From Pelobium sp. (GTDB lineage Bacteria > Bacteroidota > Bacteroidia > Sphingobacteriales > Sphingobacteriaceae): a stretch of DNA of 64,000 nt. This document shows, one piece after another, positions 37,350 to 46,612 of this stretch; positions within the stretch are counted from its first letter, which is position 1; the number at the start of each line of letters is the position of its first letter. The translations under genes and the position numbers were made by a program. Location of the stretch: assembly GCA_039918235.1 (NCBI GenBank), contig JBDSHZ010000043.1, positions 22,891 through 86,890 of the forward strand, read 5' to 3'. Under the pieces are notes generated by a model, which was given only the letters and a program-made list of their open reading frames with translations, made no database searches and was not told where the DNA came from.

Positions 37350-39785
37350 TTAACTAACTTTCTCCCTCAACTGCAGATAATCGAGGTAGTAAAGGATCTT
37401 TACCGAAAAGGTTTTATTTTGTGGTGCGCCCAATGTTTCTCTGAAATTTTTAAAATAATTCACTGATTGAACATTTGGTACAATTGGGGCATAATCTTTA
37501 TAGGCAACACTTAACTCGCTACCTGGCGCAAAACGCCATAAATAAATCATATCTACATTAAAGGAGTTGAAATTACGGTCAAGGTTTTGAGTAAATTGTG
37601 AATTTTCTGCTAAAAAACCATCTTGCATTAAAGTATAGAACTCTCTGTTAATCAGCTTAGACCAGTAATGTCTTGCAGTTAAGTTGATACCCATTTTATT
37701 ATTGAAAGTATATTTTATACTTAATGAGTTCTCTACTGTTCTTACATTTCTTCTGGAAAAAATAATATTTTGGTTTGCATCGGTTGTGATATAACCAGCA
37801 TAGTTATTTCTTGGATTATAGTTAAGATCAAAAGAAATTCTAAGCTTATCACTTGCTCTAAAATTTTGATAAATATTATAAGCATAGCCTTGGCCACCAA
37901 ATAAGTGTTTTGCTCTGTAGGCAAAGAAAGCACCACCGCTTAATTTTTTTGATCCATTAGAATTAAAGCCAAAATTAAAGCCTTCTGTTGCCGGAGTTTT
38001 ATAGAATCTGCCGGTTGCCCTTGGTTCATAAAAGTCATTGCCTTCTGGTTGTATATCTATATTGGTATGAACTGACCATAAGTTTTTGAACTGCATGTAA
38101 CCACCACCATAAAGACCTTTAGATTGATAGGTGCCAGGTTTATATCTGCTGGTGTAATCGGCGTTACCCCAAACTTCTAATTGGTTATACAATTTAGTAG
38201 GTTTATACCAATTATATCCAAGGTAAATACTGTTGCTTATATAATTATTGTTAAATAAAATGCCTAAATCATTAGGATCATATTTATCGTCAACAAATGA
38301 AAATTCGTAGTTATAATTGAAATTTCCACTTCTTTTTCCTGGGTTGATAGAGTAGCTGTATCCCACAGAAGGTTTGGTAAAATCACCACCAAATAAGTGG
38401 CTCATTTTCGCACCTCCATTTAAATTGTATTTGTTTTCTTTGGCATTTAAATCAAACACCAAAGCGCTTACATTGGCATCATAAGTATCTCCAGCCCTTA
38501 AAACATTAGAATTGATAAAAGAAACGGAAGAATTATTCTTCAAATTTTGATCTAGCACTAAAATATTATAGTTGCTTAAAGGAGCGGTTTCAACCACTTC
38601 TCTGGTGCCGTCCGAGTGCTCCAAAATCGATTCTGTTTTTTTGGTAACCGCGTTAAAAACACCAATTCCTAAACCTTTTGCTGTTCTGCCTGAAATTTTT
38701 GTTGCATTAATTAACTTTGTCTGAGAAGGATTATCTATAATCTTGTCGCCCGATCCTAATGCATTATTAAATTTGTAAGCGTTAATAGGGCTAGAACCCA
38801 CTCTTCTGGAATAAAACAGATTTCCTTTACTAAACAGCTCCGTTCCTTCGGTAAAAAACTGTCTGTTTTCATTGTACTGTACTTCAAAAGGAGTGAGGTT
38901 TAATATTTGATTGTCAGACTGTACCTGACCAAAATCAGGAATTAAAGTCATGTCTAATGTGAAACTTTCATTAATCCCGTACTTAACATCCATACCACCA
39001 TTAAAAGAAGTAGTGGTATTTTTAACATCAGCTTGGTTGTAAGGGTAATTGTTTACATAAGTTGATATATAGGGGCTAAAAGAAAGTCGGAGAGGGGAGG
39101 TTATTTTTTCAATCCCAACAAGTTCCCCTTCCTGATTGACAAAGCCATTTTTCTTAGGGTCAAGCTCATTCCACGTTAATTTTTGCTGAGATTTCCTTCT
39201 GCTTCTTACAATATTAAACCCCCAATTCTGGATATCTTTATTAGAAAATCTTAATGCCGAGTAGGGTATTCTCATTTCTGCAACCCATACATTCCCAGTA
39301 ATTTTTACTGCACTTTCCCAAACGGCATTCCAGTTGTCATCCTCTCCCTGAGCAGAGAATTTAGCATCAAACTGAACACCTGCAGCAGTTACTGCAAATT
39401 CCTGTGCATTAATTTTGTCGTTATAAGTATCTAAAATCACATCAATGAAATCCGCATTTCCAATCTGATCACGGTTGGTTAATTCATGGGAAATGTCTTT
39501 TTCATCCACCTCAGTCATTCTGGCAGCAAAATAAATGGCTTGATCATCGTACAAAACATAAACCTCCGTTTTGTGAGCTTCATCTTCTTTTATTCCCGGA
39601 ACGGGTTCAAAAGCGATGAAATTGTTGGCCAAAGGAGCGTCTTTCCAAATGGCCTCGTCTAGTACACCGTCAATTTTTGGCGCTTCCAAAGTTTTTTTTG
39701 CGGGCAATGTTTTAAAAGTAGATTGTGCCTTAACACTCCGAAAAAAGCATAAAATTAAAGTAAAGGCAATTAAAAATTTCATCAA
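37350..39785 (-). CDS. DUF5916 protein (CBM9-like N-terminal domain plus beta-barrel)
   Basis: PKIDGVLDE, WVAEMRIPYSALRF, PDFGQVQSD, ENRQFFTEG and LFYSRRVG. Confidence 0.88.
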   Translation of the reverse strand: MMKFLIAFTLILCFFRSVKAQSTFKTLPAKKTLEAPKIDGVLDEAIWKDAPLANNFIAFEPVPGIKEDEAHKTEVYVLYDDQAIYFAARMTEVDEKDISHELTNRDQIGNADFIDVILDTYNDKINAQEFAVTAAGVQFDAKFSAQGEDDNWNAVWESAVKITGNVWVAEMRIPYSALRFSNKDIQNWGFNIVRSRRKSQQKLTWNELDPKKNGFVNQEGELVGIEKITSPLRLSFSPYISTYVNNYPYNQADVKNTTTSFNGGMDVKYGINESFTLDMTLIPDFGQVQSDNQILNLTPFEVQYNENRQFFTEGTELFSKGNLFYSRRVGSSPINAYKFNNALGSGDKIIDNPSQTKLINATKISGRTAKGLGIGVFNAVTKKTESILEHSDGTREVVETAPLSNYNILVLDQNLKNNSSVSFINSNVLRAGDTYDANVSALVFDLNAKENKYNLNGGAKMSHLFGGDFTKPSVGYSYSINPGKRSGNFNYNYEFSFVDDKYDPNDLGILFNNNYISNSIYLGYNWYKPTKLYNQLEVWGNADYTSRYKPGTYQSKGLYGGGYMQFKNLWSVHTNIDIQPEGNDFYEPRATGRFYKTPATEGFNFGFNSNGSKKLSGGAFFAYRAKHLFGGQGYAYNIYQNFRASDKLRISFDLNYNPRNNYAGYITTDANQNIIFSRRNVRTVENSLSIKYTFNNKMGINLTARHYWSKLINREFYTLMQDGFLAENSQFTQNLDRNFNSFNVDMIYLWRFAPGSELSVAYKDYAPIVPNVQSVNYFKNFRETLGAPQNKTFSVKILYYLDYLQLREKVS

Positions 39786-39941
39786 TTAGTACAAGGTTTG
39801 ATGTATTAGACGCCAAAACTAGCCAAACGTTGCAGGCAACTCAGTTAAATATTTGTTAAAGGTTTAATTGTAACGGAAATATTATGCTGACTGTGTTTTC
39901 TTGGTAGATTGATTTCCATCAAATGTTTTCATCCAAAATGA

Positions 39942-39992
39942 TAACTTTGCAAATCAATGTTGAAAACTAGGTAATTTCTTTTTTTAAGTTTG
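39942..39992 (+). promoter_or_regulatory. Two tandem -7 promoter elements upstream of ffh
   Basis: TAACTTTG at 39942-39949 and TAAGTTTG at 39985-39992. Confidence 0.55.
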
Positions 39993-39996
39993 TATA

Positions 39997-40070
39997 GCGT
40001 TAACGATTGAAGCGACATCCTTTTTTCTATTTCAGAAAAAAGATACAGCGGAAAGCGTGTTAAAACGCCC
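39997..40070 (+). ncRNA. Structured intergenic element, copy A (Flavo-1-like candidate)
   Basis: GCGTT...AACGC closing stem, conserved GAAGCGACATC and central hairpin CTTTTTTCT/AGAAAAAAG; homologous to 49248-49317. The Flavo-1 assignment is from memory and unverified. Confidence 0.6.
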
Positions 40071-40143
40071 ATTACATTTTCTTAAAACATTAAACATCCT
40101 TGTTTTAATTCTAAATCAAAATATTTAAAAAGGAAATTATATC

Positions 40144-41490
40144 ATGTTTGATAATTTGCAGGATAAGCTCGAAGGAGCGTTTAAAGTATTAAAAGGACAG
40201 GGAAGTATTTCCGAAATTAACGTGGCAGAAACCATGAAAGAGATTAGAAAAGCTCTTCTGGATGCTGACGTTAACTATAAAACCGCTAAAACATTTACTG
40301 AAGAGGTAAAGCAGAAGGCTTTAGGTCAAAACGTACTGACTGCAATTTCTCCAGGTCAGTTGCTCACCAAAATCATGAATGATGAGCTGACTACTTTAAT
40401 GGGTGGAAGCGTAGAGGAACTGGATATTAAAACCAACCCGACTGTAATTTTAATCGCCGGCTTAAATGGTGCGGGTAAAACAACTTTCACCGGAAAGCTT
40501 GCGCATTACCTAAAAACACAGAAAGGCAAAAAACCTTTATTGGTGGCTGGTGACGTTTATCGCCCTGCAGCGATTGATCAATTAGAAGTTTTAGCCGGAC
40601 AAGTGGGTGCAGAGGTTTACACCAACCGTGAATCTACCAATCCTGTAGCTATTGCTATGGAAGGGATTGCCTTCGGAAAGAAAAACGGAAACAACATCAT
40701 TATTATTGATACCGCAGGTCGTTTAACATTAGACGATGCGCTAATGGACGAGATTGCCGAAGTAAAGAAGGCAACACAGCCACAGGAAATTTTATTTGTG
40801 GTAGATTCCATGACCGGCCAAGATGCTGTAAATACTGCTAAAGTATTTAACGATCGTTTGGATTTTACCGGTGTGGTTTTGACCAAATTAGACGGTGATA
40901 CACGCGGTGGTGCAGCTTTATCTATTAAATCGGTGGTTAACAAACCGATTAAATTTATAGGTACTGGCGAGAAAATGGATGCGCTGGATGTGTTTTATCC
41001 AGACAGGATGGCTTCCCGTATTTTGGGAATGGGTGATGTGATTTCCTTAGTTGAAAGAGCGCAACAACAGTTTGACGAGAAGGAATCTGCTGCTTTGCAG
41101 AAGAAAATCCGTAAAAATAAATTTGATTTTAACGATTTCTTGAGCCAGATTCAACAGATTAAGAAGATGGGTAACATCAAAGATTTGATGGGCATGATAC
41201 CAGGCGTAGGCAAAATGATGAAGAACGTGGATATTGACGAAAATGCTTTTAAAGGCATCGAATCTATCATACAATCCATGACACCTTTTGAACGTGAAAA
41301 CCCAGATAGCATTAACCAAAACCGCAGAACCCGCATTGCAAAAGGTAGCGGAACCGATATGGCGGAAGTAAACAAGCTCATTAAACAGTTTGAAGATATG
41401 CGTAAAGTGATGAAGCAATTCTCTGATCCATCTGCCATGATGAAAATGCAAAAGATGATGAAGGGAATGCCTGGAGGGGGAATGCGTTAA
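40144..41490 (+). CDS. ffh: Signal recognition particle protein
   Basis: GLNGAGKTT, DVYRPAA, DTAGR, TKLDGDTRGG, RMASRILGMGD and Met-rich M domain. Confidence 0.98.
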   Translation: MFDNLQDKLEGAFKVLKGQGSISEINVAETMKEIRKALLDADVNYKTAKTFTEEVKQKALGQNVLTAISPGQLLTKIMNDELTTLMGGSVEELDIKTNPTVILIAGLNGAGKTTFTGKLAHYLKTQKGKKPLLVAGDVYRPAAIDQLEVLAGQVGAEVYTNRESTNPVAIAMEGIAFGKKNGNNIIIIDTAGRLTLDDALMDEIAEVKKATQPQEILFVVDSMTGQDAVNTAKVFNDRLDFTGVVLTKLDGDTRGGAALSIKSVVNKPIKFIGTGEKMDALDVFYPDRMASRILGMGDVISLVERAQQQFDEKESAALQKKIRKNKFDFNDFLSQIQQIKKMGNIKDLMGMIPGVGKMMKNVDIDENAFKGIESIIQSMTPFERENPDSINQNRRTRIAKGSGTDMAEVNKLIKQFEDMRKVMKQFSDPSAMMKMQKMMKGMPGGGMR

Positions 41491-41539
41491 AAGCGGAAGG
41501 CTTAAGGCAGAAAGCTTAAAGCGTATGATCAAAATATAT

Positions 41540-41570
41540 AAAGCCTAAGAATTAGTTCTTGGGCTTTTTT
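41540..41570 (+). terminator. Intrinsic terminator after ffh
   Basis: AAAGCCTAAGAA-ttag-TTCTTGGGCTTT followed by a T run. Confidence 0.75.
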
Positions 41571-41580
41571 ATTTTGAAAT

Positions 41581-41600
41581 AAGTAGCATTATTGCTACTT
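41581..41600. promoter_or_regulatory. Putative HicB operator palindrome
   Basis: AAGTAGCA-TTAT-TGCTACTT, 5 nt before the hicA GTG. Confidence 0.6.
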
Positions 41601-41605
41601 TGATT

Positions 41606-41788
41606 GTGAAGGTTAAAGAGGTCCTTAAAATTTTGAAAAAAGATGGTTAGGAAGTGAAGAACCAAAAGGGAAGTCATATTCAATTGATTCACAACACAAA
41701 AAAAGGAAAAGTTATACTTCCTAACCATTCAGGAGATATACCTATCGGAACATTAAATTCCATTCTTAAACAATCAGGACTCAAATAA
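41606..41788 (+). pseudogene. hicA: HicA mRNA-interferase toxin with a premature amber stop
   Basis: Manual translation MKVKEVLKILKKDG*EVKNQKGSHIQLIHNTKKGKVILPNHSGDIPIGTLNSILKQSGLK; TAG at 41648-41650 replaces the conserved Trp of DGW. Confidence 0.85.
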
Positions 41789-41807
41789 TTAATTTTAATT
41801 AAGCATC

Positions 41808-42187
41808 ATGTTAAAGGAAAAACAATATTAATTGTAGAAAAAGGTGCAGATGGAGTTTATTGGGGACGGGTAAATATAAATGATAATTTAATTTTTGAAA
41901 CTGGAGAAACCATCCAGAAATTATCTGATAAAATGAAAGTCGCTATTTTAAATATTGAAGACATAGAGGTTGAGGAATTTGAAATCCAATTTGATATTTC
42001 GGCATTGTTCAAGAAATTCGATTATTTAAACATTTCTAAAGTTGCAGATAGGGCTGGTATTAATCCAAGTCTTTTAAGACAGTATGTTTCTCAGGTTAAA
42101 AATCCATCCGAGGTTCAAGCTAAAAAATTAGAGAATACATTACATATTCTTGCCGATGAATTGAAGGGAATTCATATTTATGCTTGA
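41808..42187 (+). pseudogene. HicB-like antitoxin with C-terminal HTH, apparent 5' frameshift
   Basis: The ATG at 41808 stops after 7 codons. The other frame is open from 41789 (KTILIVEKGADGVYWGRV) to the HTH YLNISKVADRAGINPSLLRQY. One extra A in the A5 run at 41818-41822 joins them. Confidence 0.6.
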
Positions 42188-42264
42188 ATAATTGAATCCG
42201 AATCACAAATATTAAATAAGCCTGACTTTAGCTTCGCTTTAATGAAATACCTTCGGTTCAATTT

Positions 42265-43482
42265 ATGAAAAGAAGAATCAGTCTTTTACCTATTGCAGTA
42301 ATTGTCGCAATTTTAGCCCTTTTAAACTATTATGTTTTTGGTGGTTTAGCAGTTCTATTTCCCTCTAACAGATTTGCTTTAATATATGGCATATTGGTCA
42401 TCACCATGATCAGTTGTTTCATCATCGCCTTATTCAGGTTTGGGATTAGAAATGATGATTTATTCTTCAAGTTAGCCGTTCACGCCTTTGTAGGTTTTAC
42501 CGTTTCAGAAATCATATTCTCCATCATTTTATTAATTGGTGATTTTTCCAGATTGGTTCTTCAAATTTTTGGTCATCAATTAACACAGCGTATTTATGGT
42601 TTTTCTTCAGCTGCAGCAATTGCTTTTGTAGTAATGATTTTACTTTTTGCTTATGGAATGATTAGAGGTAAATATCGATATCGGGTAATTAAACAAGTTT
42701 TATATTTTGATGATTTGCCAAAAGCTTTCGACGGTTTTACCATCACACAAATTTCTGATGTACATTCTGGTAGTTTTGATAGCCTAAAAGGAGTTCAAAA
42801 AGGAATTGATTTGATTAATGCGCAGGGATCAGATCTTTTTGTTTTTACCGGAGACTTGGTTAATAATAAATCTTCTGAAATTGTCCCTTGGATTCCAATG
42901 TTTGCCACGATAAAAGCAAAATACGGTCAATTTTCCATTTTAGGAAATCATGATTACGGCGATTATATCCAATGGAGTAGCGAGTTAAAGAAAAGGGAAA
43001 ACCTGGATGATTTAAAAAGGCATCATCAAAAAATTGGCTTTAAATTACTACTGGATGAACACGTGGAACTGGAAAAAAATGGGGACAAAATTATTTTGGC
43101 AGGCGTAGAAAACTGGGGTGTGGGTTTTGGCGAAAAAGGAGATTTGAATCAGGCTTTATCCGGAACGCAGAAAGACGATTTTAAAATTCTGCTCTCGCAT
43201 GATCCTTCTCACTTTGATGCACAAGTAAAGCAATATCCTTCAAAAATTAACCTGACTTTAAGCGGTCATACCCATGGAATGCAATTTGGAATTGAAGCTT
43301 TCGGAATTAAATGGAGCCCAGTTTCTTTAAGGTACAAACATTGGGCAGGCTTAAAAGAAGAATTTGGAAGATATTTGTATGTGAACCGTGGATTTGGATT
43401 TTTAGGTTTTTCTGGAAGAATAGGGATTTGGCCAGAAATTACGGTGATTGAGCTAAAAAGAAAACAGCATCCTCTTAATTAA
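42265..43482 (+). CDS. Membrane-anchored metallophosphoesterase (YkuE-like)
   Basis: N-terminal TM helices; QISDVHSG, FTGDLVN, LGNHDYG, LLSHDP and LSGHTHGMQ. Confidence 0.92.
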   Translation: MKRRISLLPIAVIVAILALLNYYVFGGLAVLFPSNRFALIYGILVITMISCFIIALFRFGIRNDDLFFKLAVHAFVGFTVSEIIFSIILLIGDFSRLVLQIFGHQLTQRIYGFSSAAAIAFVVMILLFAYGMIRGKYRYRVIKQVLYFDDLPKAFDGFTITQISDVHSGSFDSLKGVQKGIDLINAQGSDLFVFTGDLVNNKSSEIVPWIPMFATIKAKYGQFSILGNHDYGDYIQWSSELKKRENLDDLKRHHQKIGFKLLLDEHVELEKNGDKIILAGVENWGVGFGEKGDLNQALSGTQKDDFKILLSHDPSHFDAQVKQYPSKINLTLSGHTHGMQFGIEAFGIKWSPVSLRYKHWAGLKEEFGRYLYVNRGFGFLGFSGRIGIWPEITVIELKRKQHPLN

Positions 43483-43675
43483 AATAAAACAATTTTTCTC
43501 CCGCTGATCAAAAATGATTTAAAACCGATTGTCTTTTCTGCGAAAATCTTTTTAATCTGCAGGAAATTATAAACTATTTAACAACCTAATCCTTTCAATT
43601 TAGATTTATTTAAGCCTTTTCTAATGCTTATTTTGGGTTTAAAAACATTAGATTTCTTTTCAACGAGTATATTCC

Positions 43676-43683
43676 TATTTTTG
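43676..43683 (+). promoter_or_regulatory. -7 promoter element for the YfhO-family gene
   Basis: TATTTTTG 20 nt before the ATG. Confidence 0.5.
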
Positions 43684-43703
43684 ATGTTCAATAAATATTT
43701 AAA

Positions 43704-46163
43704 ATGAACAATTGGTTTAAGAAAAATGGAATCCATTTAGCTATCGGCGGATTCTTTGTAGTACTGTGTTTTGTGTACTTCAGTCCCGCTTTTCAAGGGA
43801 AAGTTTTGCAACAAGGAGATGTACAAAGGGCAGCGGCTACCCAAAGTGAAATCATGAAATATAAGGCTCAAGACGGTAAAGCACCGCTTTGGACCAATAG
43901 TATGTTTGGAGGAATGCCTACTTATCAAATCTGGCTACAATACCCAAAGAATATTACCACTCATATCATTACGGCATTAAAACTCACTTTTCCTACTCCG
44001 GTTGATACCGTTTTAATCTATCTTTTTGCAACTTATTTTCTCTTGATTGTATTGGGTTTAAGTCCTTGGCTGGCCGCAGCGGGCGCTCTGGCATTTGGTT
44101 TTTCATCCTATAATTTCATTTTTTTAGAAGCTGGACATAGCAATCAAGCCATGGCAATTGCTTTTTTCCCGGCTATTTTAGGTGGAGTGATCATGACTTT
44201 ACGTGGCAAATATTTATTAGGAGCCTCTTTAACCGCTTTTTTTATTGCAATGGAAATCAGGTCAAACCATATTCAAATGACCTATTACCTATTTATTGCA
44301 CTTTTAATTTTAATGGGAATTGAATTTTACCATGCTTATAAAGGCAAAACATTAGCACTATTTGGCAAGTCTATTGGTTACTTAACGATTGCCGTTATAG
44401 TAGGGGTTGCAGTAAATGCTGGCACTTTATGGACAACCTATGAGTACGGTCAATTGTCTACCCGCGGACCATCAAATATTACTACAGATAACCTACAACC
44501 AAATAACGGCTTAGATAAAGATTATGCTTTTCAGTGGAGTCAAGGGGTAGGAGAAACGATGACTTTATTAGTGCCAAATGCTTATGGTGGTGCATCACAA
44601 CCCATCTTAGATGGCGATTCGCATGTAGCGAAAGCCATTATGACTAAAGGAGCCGATGTACAACAAGCCACTGGATTTGCGCAACAGATGCCAGTTTATT
44701 GGGGTCCGAAACCGTTTACCTCTGGTCCTTGGTATTTTGGAGCTTTTGTGCTTTTCTTATTCATTTTCGGATTGTTTATAGTAAAAGGTAAATTGAAATG
44801 GTGGCTTTTAAGTGCTACTGTTTTAAGTATTCTATTAGCCTTTGGAAAGAATTTCAGTTTAGTTTCTGATCTGTTTTTCAATTACTTCCCAATGTATAAT
44901 AAATTCAGATCGGTAGAGTTTAACTTAGTGATTGCCAGTTTGTGTATGCCAATTTTAGCTTGTTTAGCTGTTTTTGAAGCGGTTAAACTTGATGATACAA
45001 AACAGGTGATTAAAAAATTAAAAACCAGTGCATATATTGTTTTGGGGATATTAGCTGTATTAATTGCAGTTCCAACAATCCTTTTTTCTTTTAAAGCAGC
45101 TACACATCAGGATTTTTTAAATCAATTAAACCAGATGTCGGGTGGAGACAGCAGCTTTGGCGCCAGTATTTCTCAGGCTTTAGTAGAAGACCGCATTTCT
45201 TTATTTAGAGCAGATGCCATTAGGTCTTTTCTGTTTATTTTAGTGGGTATTGGGGTACTTTGGGCATTGATCAATAAGAAAATCACACAGCCTTTAGGTT
45301 TTATCATCATTGGTTTAATTATTTTAACTGATTTATGGTCAGTAGATAAACGTTACTTGAATGATGAAAAATTTGTTGCTAAAGCAATTATGAATCAACA
45401 GGCAAAGCCAAGGGAAGTGGATGAATTTATCATGAGAGATACTGACCCAGATTTCCGTGTGTTGGATTTAACCACAAGTCCGTTTACCGATGCTTCACTT
45501 TCTGCTTTCCATAAATCTGTTGGTGGTTACCACGCAGCAAAATTAAAGCGTTACCAAGAAGTGATTGATAAGCAGTTTACGGGTAGTTTAAATCAGGATG
45601 TTTTAGACATGCTGAACACTAAATATTTCATCACCCAAGGTAAAGACGGCAAAAGTTCATCCATGCAGGCGAACGCTACAGCTTGCGGTCATGCTTGGTT
45701 TGTACAGAGCGTTCAGTTCGCAAAAAACAATGATCAGGAAATGCAGGGCATTAGCTCTTTTGATCCTAAGAAAGAAGCGATTGTAAACGAGGAGTTTAAG
45801 CCTTTAATAGAGGGGAAAAATGTTGGGGTAGCTACAAATGGTGGAATTTCTTTAACAAGTTATAACCCAGACCTATTAAAATATGAATATACTTCTGATA
45901 AAGATGTAGTTGCAGTTTTTTCTGAAATATGGTATCCTAAAGGATGGAAAATGTACGTTGACGGTGATGAAAAGCCATATTTTAGAGCAAACTATATTTT
46001 AAGAGCAGCTGTTTTACCGGGCGGAAACCATAAAGTGGAGTGGAGATTTGAACCTCAATCATATTTTTTAGGAGAAAATATTTCATTAATTGGATCTATA
46101 ATATTACTTTTAGGTCTAGCATTTGCGATTTATCGTGAAATGTCCGTAAAGCATCCAGCTTAA
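43704..46163 (+). CDS. YfhO family multi-pass membrane protein (GT-C-like)
   Basis: PLWTNSMFGGMPTY, NHIQMTYY, GGYHAAKL, VFSEIWYPKGW and ANYILRA. Confidence 0.88.
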   Translation: MNNWFKKNGIHLAIGGFFVVLCFVYFSPAFQGKVLQQGDVQRAAATQSEIMKYKAQDGKAPLWTNSMFGGMPTYQIWLQYPKNITTHIITALKLTFPTPVDTVLIYLFATYFLLIVLGLSPWLAAAGALAFGFSSYNFIFLEAGHSNQAMAIAFFPAILGGVIMTLRGKYLLGASLTAFFIAMEIRSNHIQMTYYLFIALLILMGIEFYHAYKGKTLALFGKSIGYLTIAVIVGVAVNAGTLWTTYEYGQLSTRGPSNITTDNLQPNNGLDKDYAFQWSQGVGETMTLLVPNAYGGASQPILDGDSHVAKAIMTKGADVQQATGFAQQMPVYWGPKPFTSGPWYFGAFVLFLFIFGLFIVKGKLKWWLLSATVLSILLAFGKNFSLVSDLFFNYFPMYNKFRSVEFNLVIASLCMPILACLAVFEAVKLDDTKQVIKKLKTSAYIVLGILAVLIAVPTILFSFKAATHQDFLNQLNQMSGGDSSFGASISQALVEDRISLFRADAIRSFLFILVGIGVLWALINKKITQPLGFIIIGLIILTDLWSVDKRYLNDEKFVAKAIMNQQAKPREVDEFIMRDTDPDFRVLDLTTSPFTDASLSAFHKSVGGYHAAKLKRYQEVIDKQFTGSLNQDVLDMLNTKYFITQGKDGKSSSMQANATACGHAWFVQSVQFAKNNDQEMQGISSFDPKKEAIVNEEFKPLIEGKNVGVATNGGISLTSYNPDLLKYEYTSDKDVVAVFSEIWYPKGWKMYVDGDEKPYFRANYILRAAVLPGGNHKVEWRFEPQSYFLGENISLIGSIILLLGLAFAIYREMSVKHPA

Positions 46164-46184
46164 ACTAACCAGTTTATAACAGAT

Positions 46185-46210
46185 AATCCCGATTCAAAAA
46201 GATCGGGATT
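46185..46210. terminator. Hairpin after the YfhO-family gene
   Basis: AATCCCGAT-tcaaaaag-ATCGGGATT. Confidence 0.6.
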
Positions 46211-46333
46211 TCTAATTTTAAGACCTTTTTGTTATAGCCTTAACTAATCCTAAAAGAATAAATTAGAAGATTATAATTTTTGAGTTTGTCCATCAGAACA
46301 AGCTTAAGGACCAACATTAATTACTGTTTATTT

Positions 46334-46450
46334 CGCCCTTGGAATTTGCGGATGAGATGAAATTGCCAAAGCATTGCTTTTAATAGCAAATTCCGCAGGC
46401 GAGAGTTTTCTTTTTGGTATCTTTTTCTTTTGCGGAAAAAGAAAAAGTAC
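46334..46450. repeat. Composite two-hairpin REP/MITE-like element
   Basis: CGCCCTTGGAATTTGC...GCAAATTCCGCAGGCG (13/16 paired), followed by GTA(T)CTTTTTCTTTT-gcgga-AAAAGAAAAAGTAC. Confidence 0.55.
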
Positions 46451-46612
46451 ATCCACAGTCCATAAATTTAATGATTGATCAATGCTAATGAAATGCTACC
46501 TTTCATAAAACACTGTTCTTAATTATTTTCCCAAACCAAAAGCAGTTGAGTTTATAAAAAGAGCCGTTCCAATCTAATTAAAACAGCTCCTTAGTGATAT
46601 TTTCTAACAAAA

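Noticed and set aside
39997-40070. SRP RNA (ffs) upstream of ffh
   Set aside because: Lacks the conserved SRP domain IV motif (CAGG...GGAA...AGCAG), and a homologous copy sits upstream of an unrelated gene.
41648-41650. Amber recoding (alternative genetic code) to explain the hicA TAG
   Set aside because: Other genes here terminate at TAG (for example at 5197-5199 and 59282-59284), and long ORFs are intact under code 11.
43055-43070. Additional parS site (ATGAACACGTGGAACT)
   Set aside because: The left arm does not match the consensus; a chance CACGTG core within a coding sequence.
46398-46481. Small Cys-containing minus-strand ORF (MDCGCTFSFSAKEKDTKKKTLACGICY)
   Set aside because: 27 codons overlapping the repeat element; most likely a by-product of the palindrome sequence.
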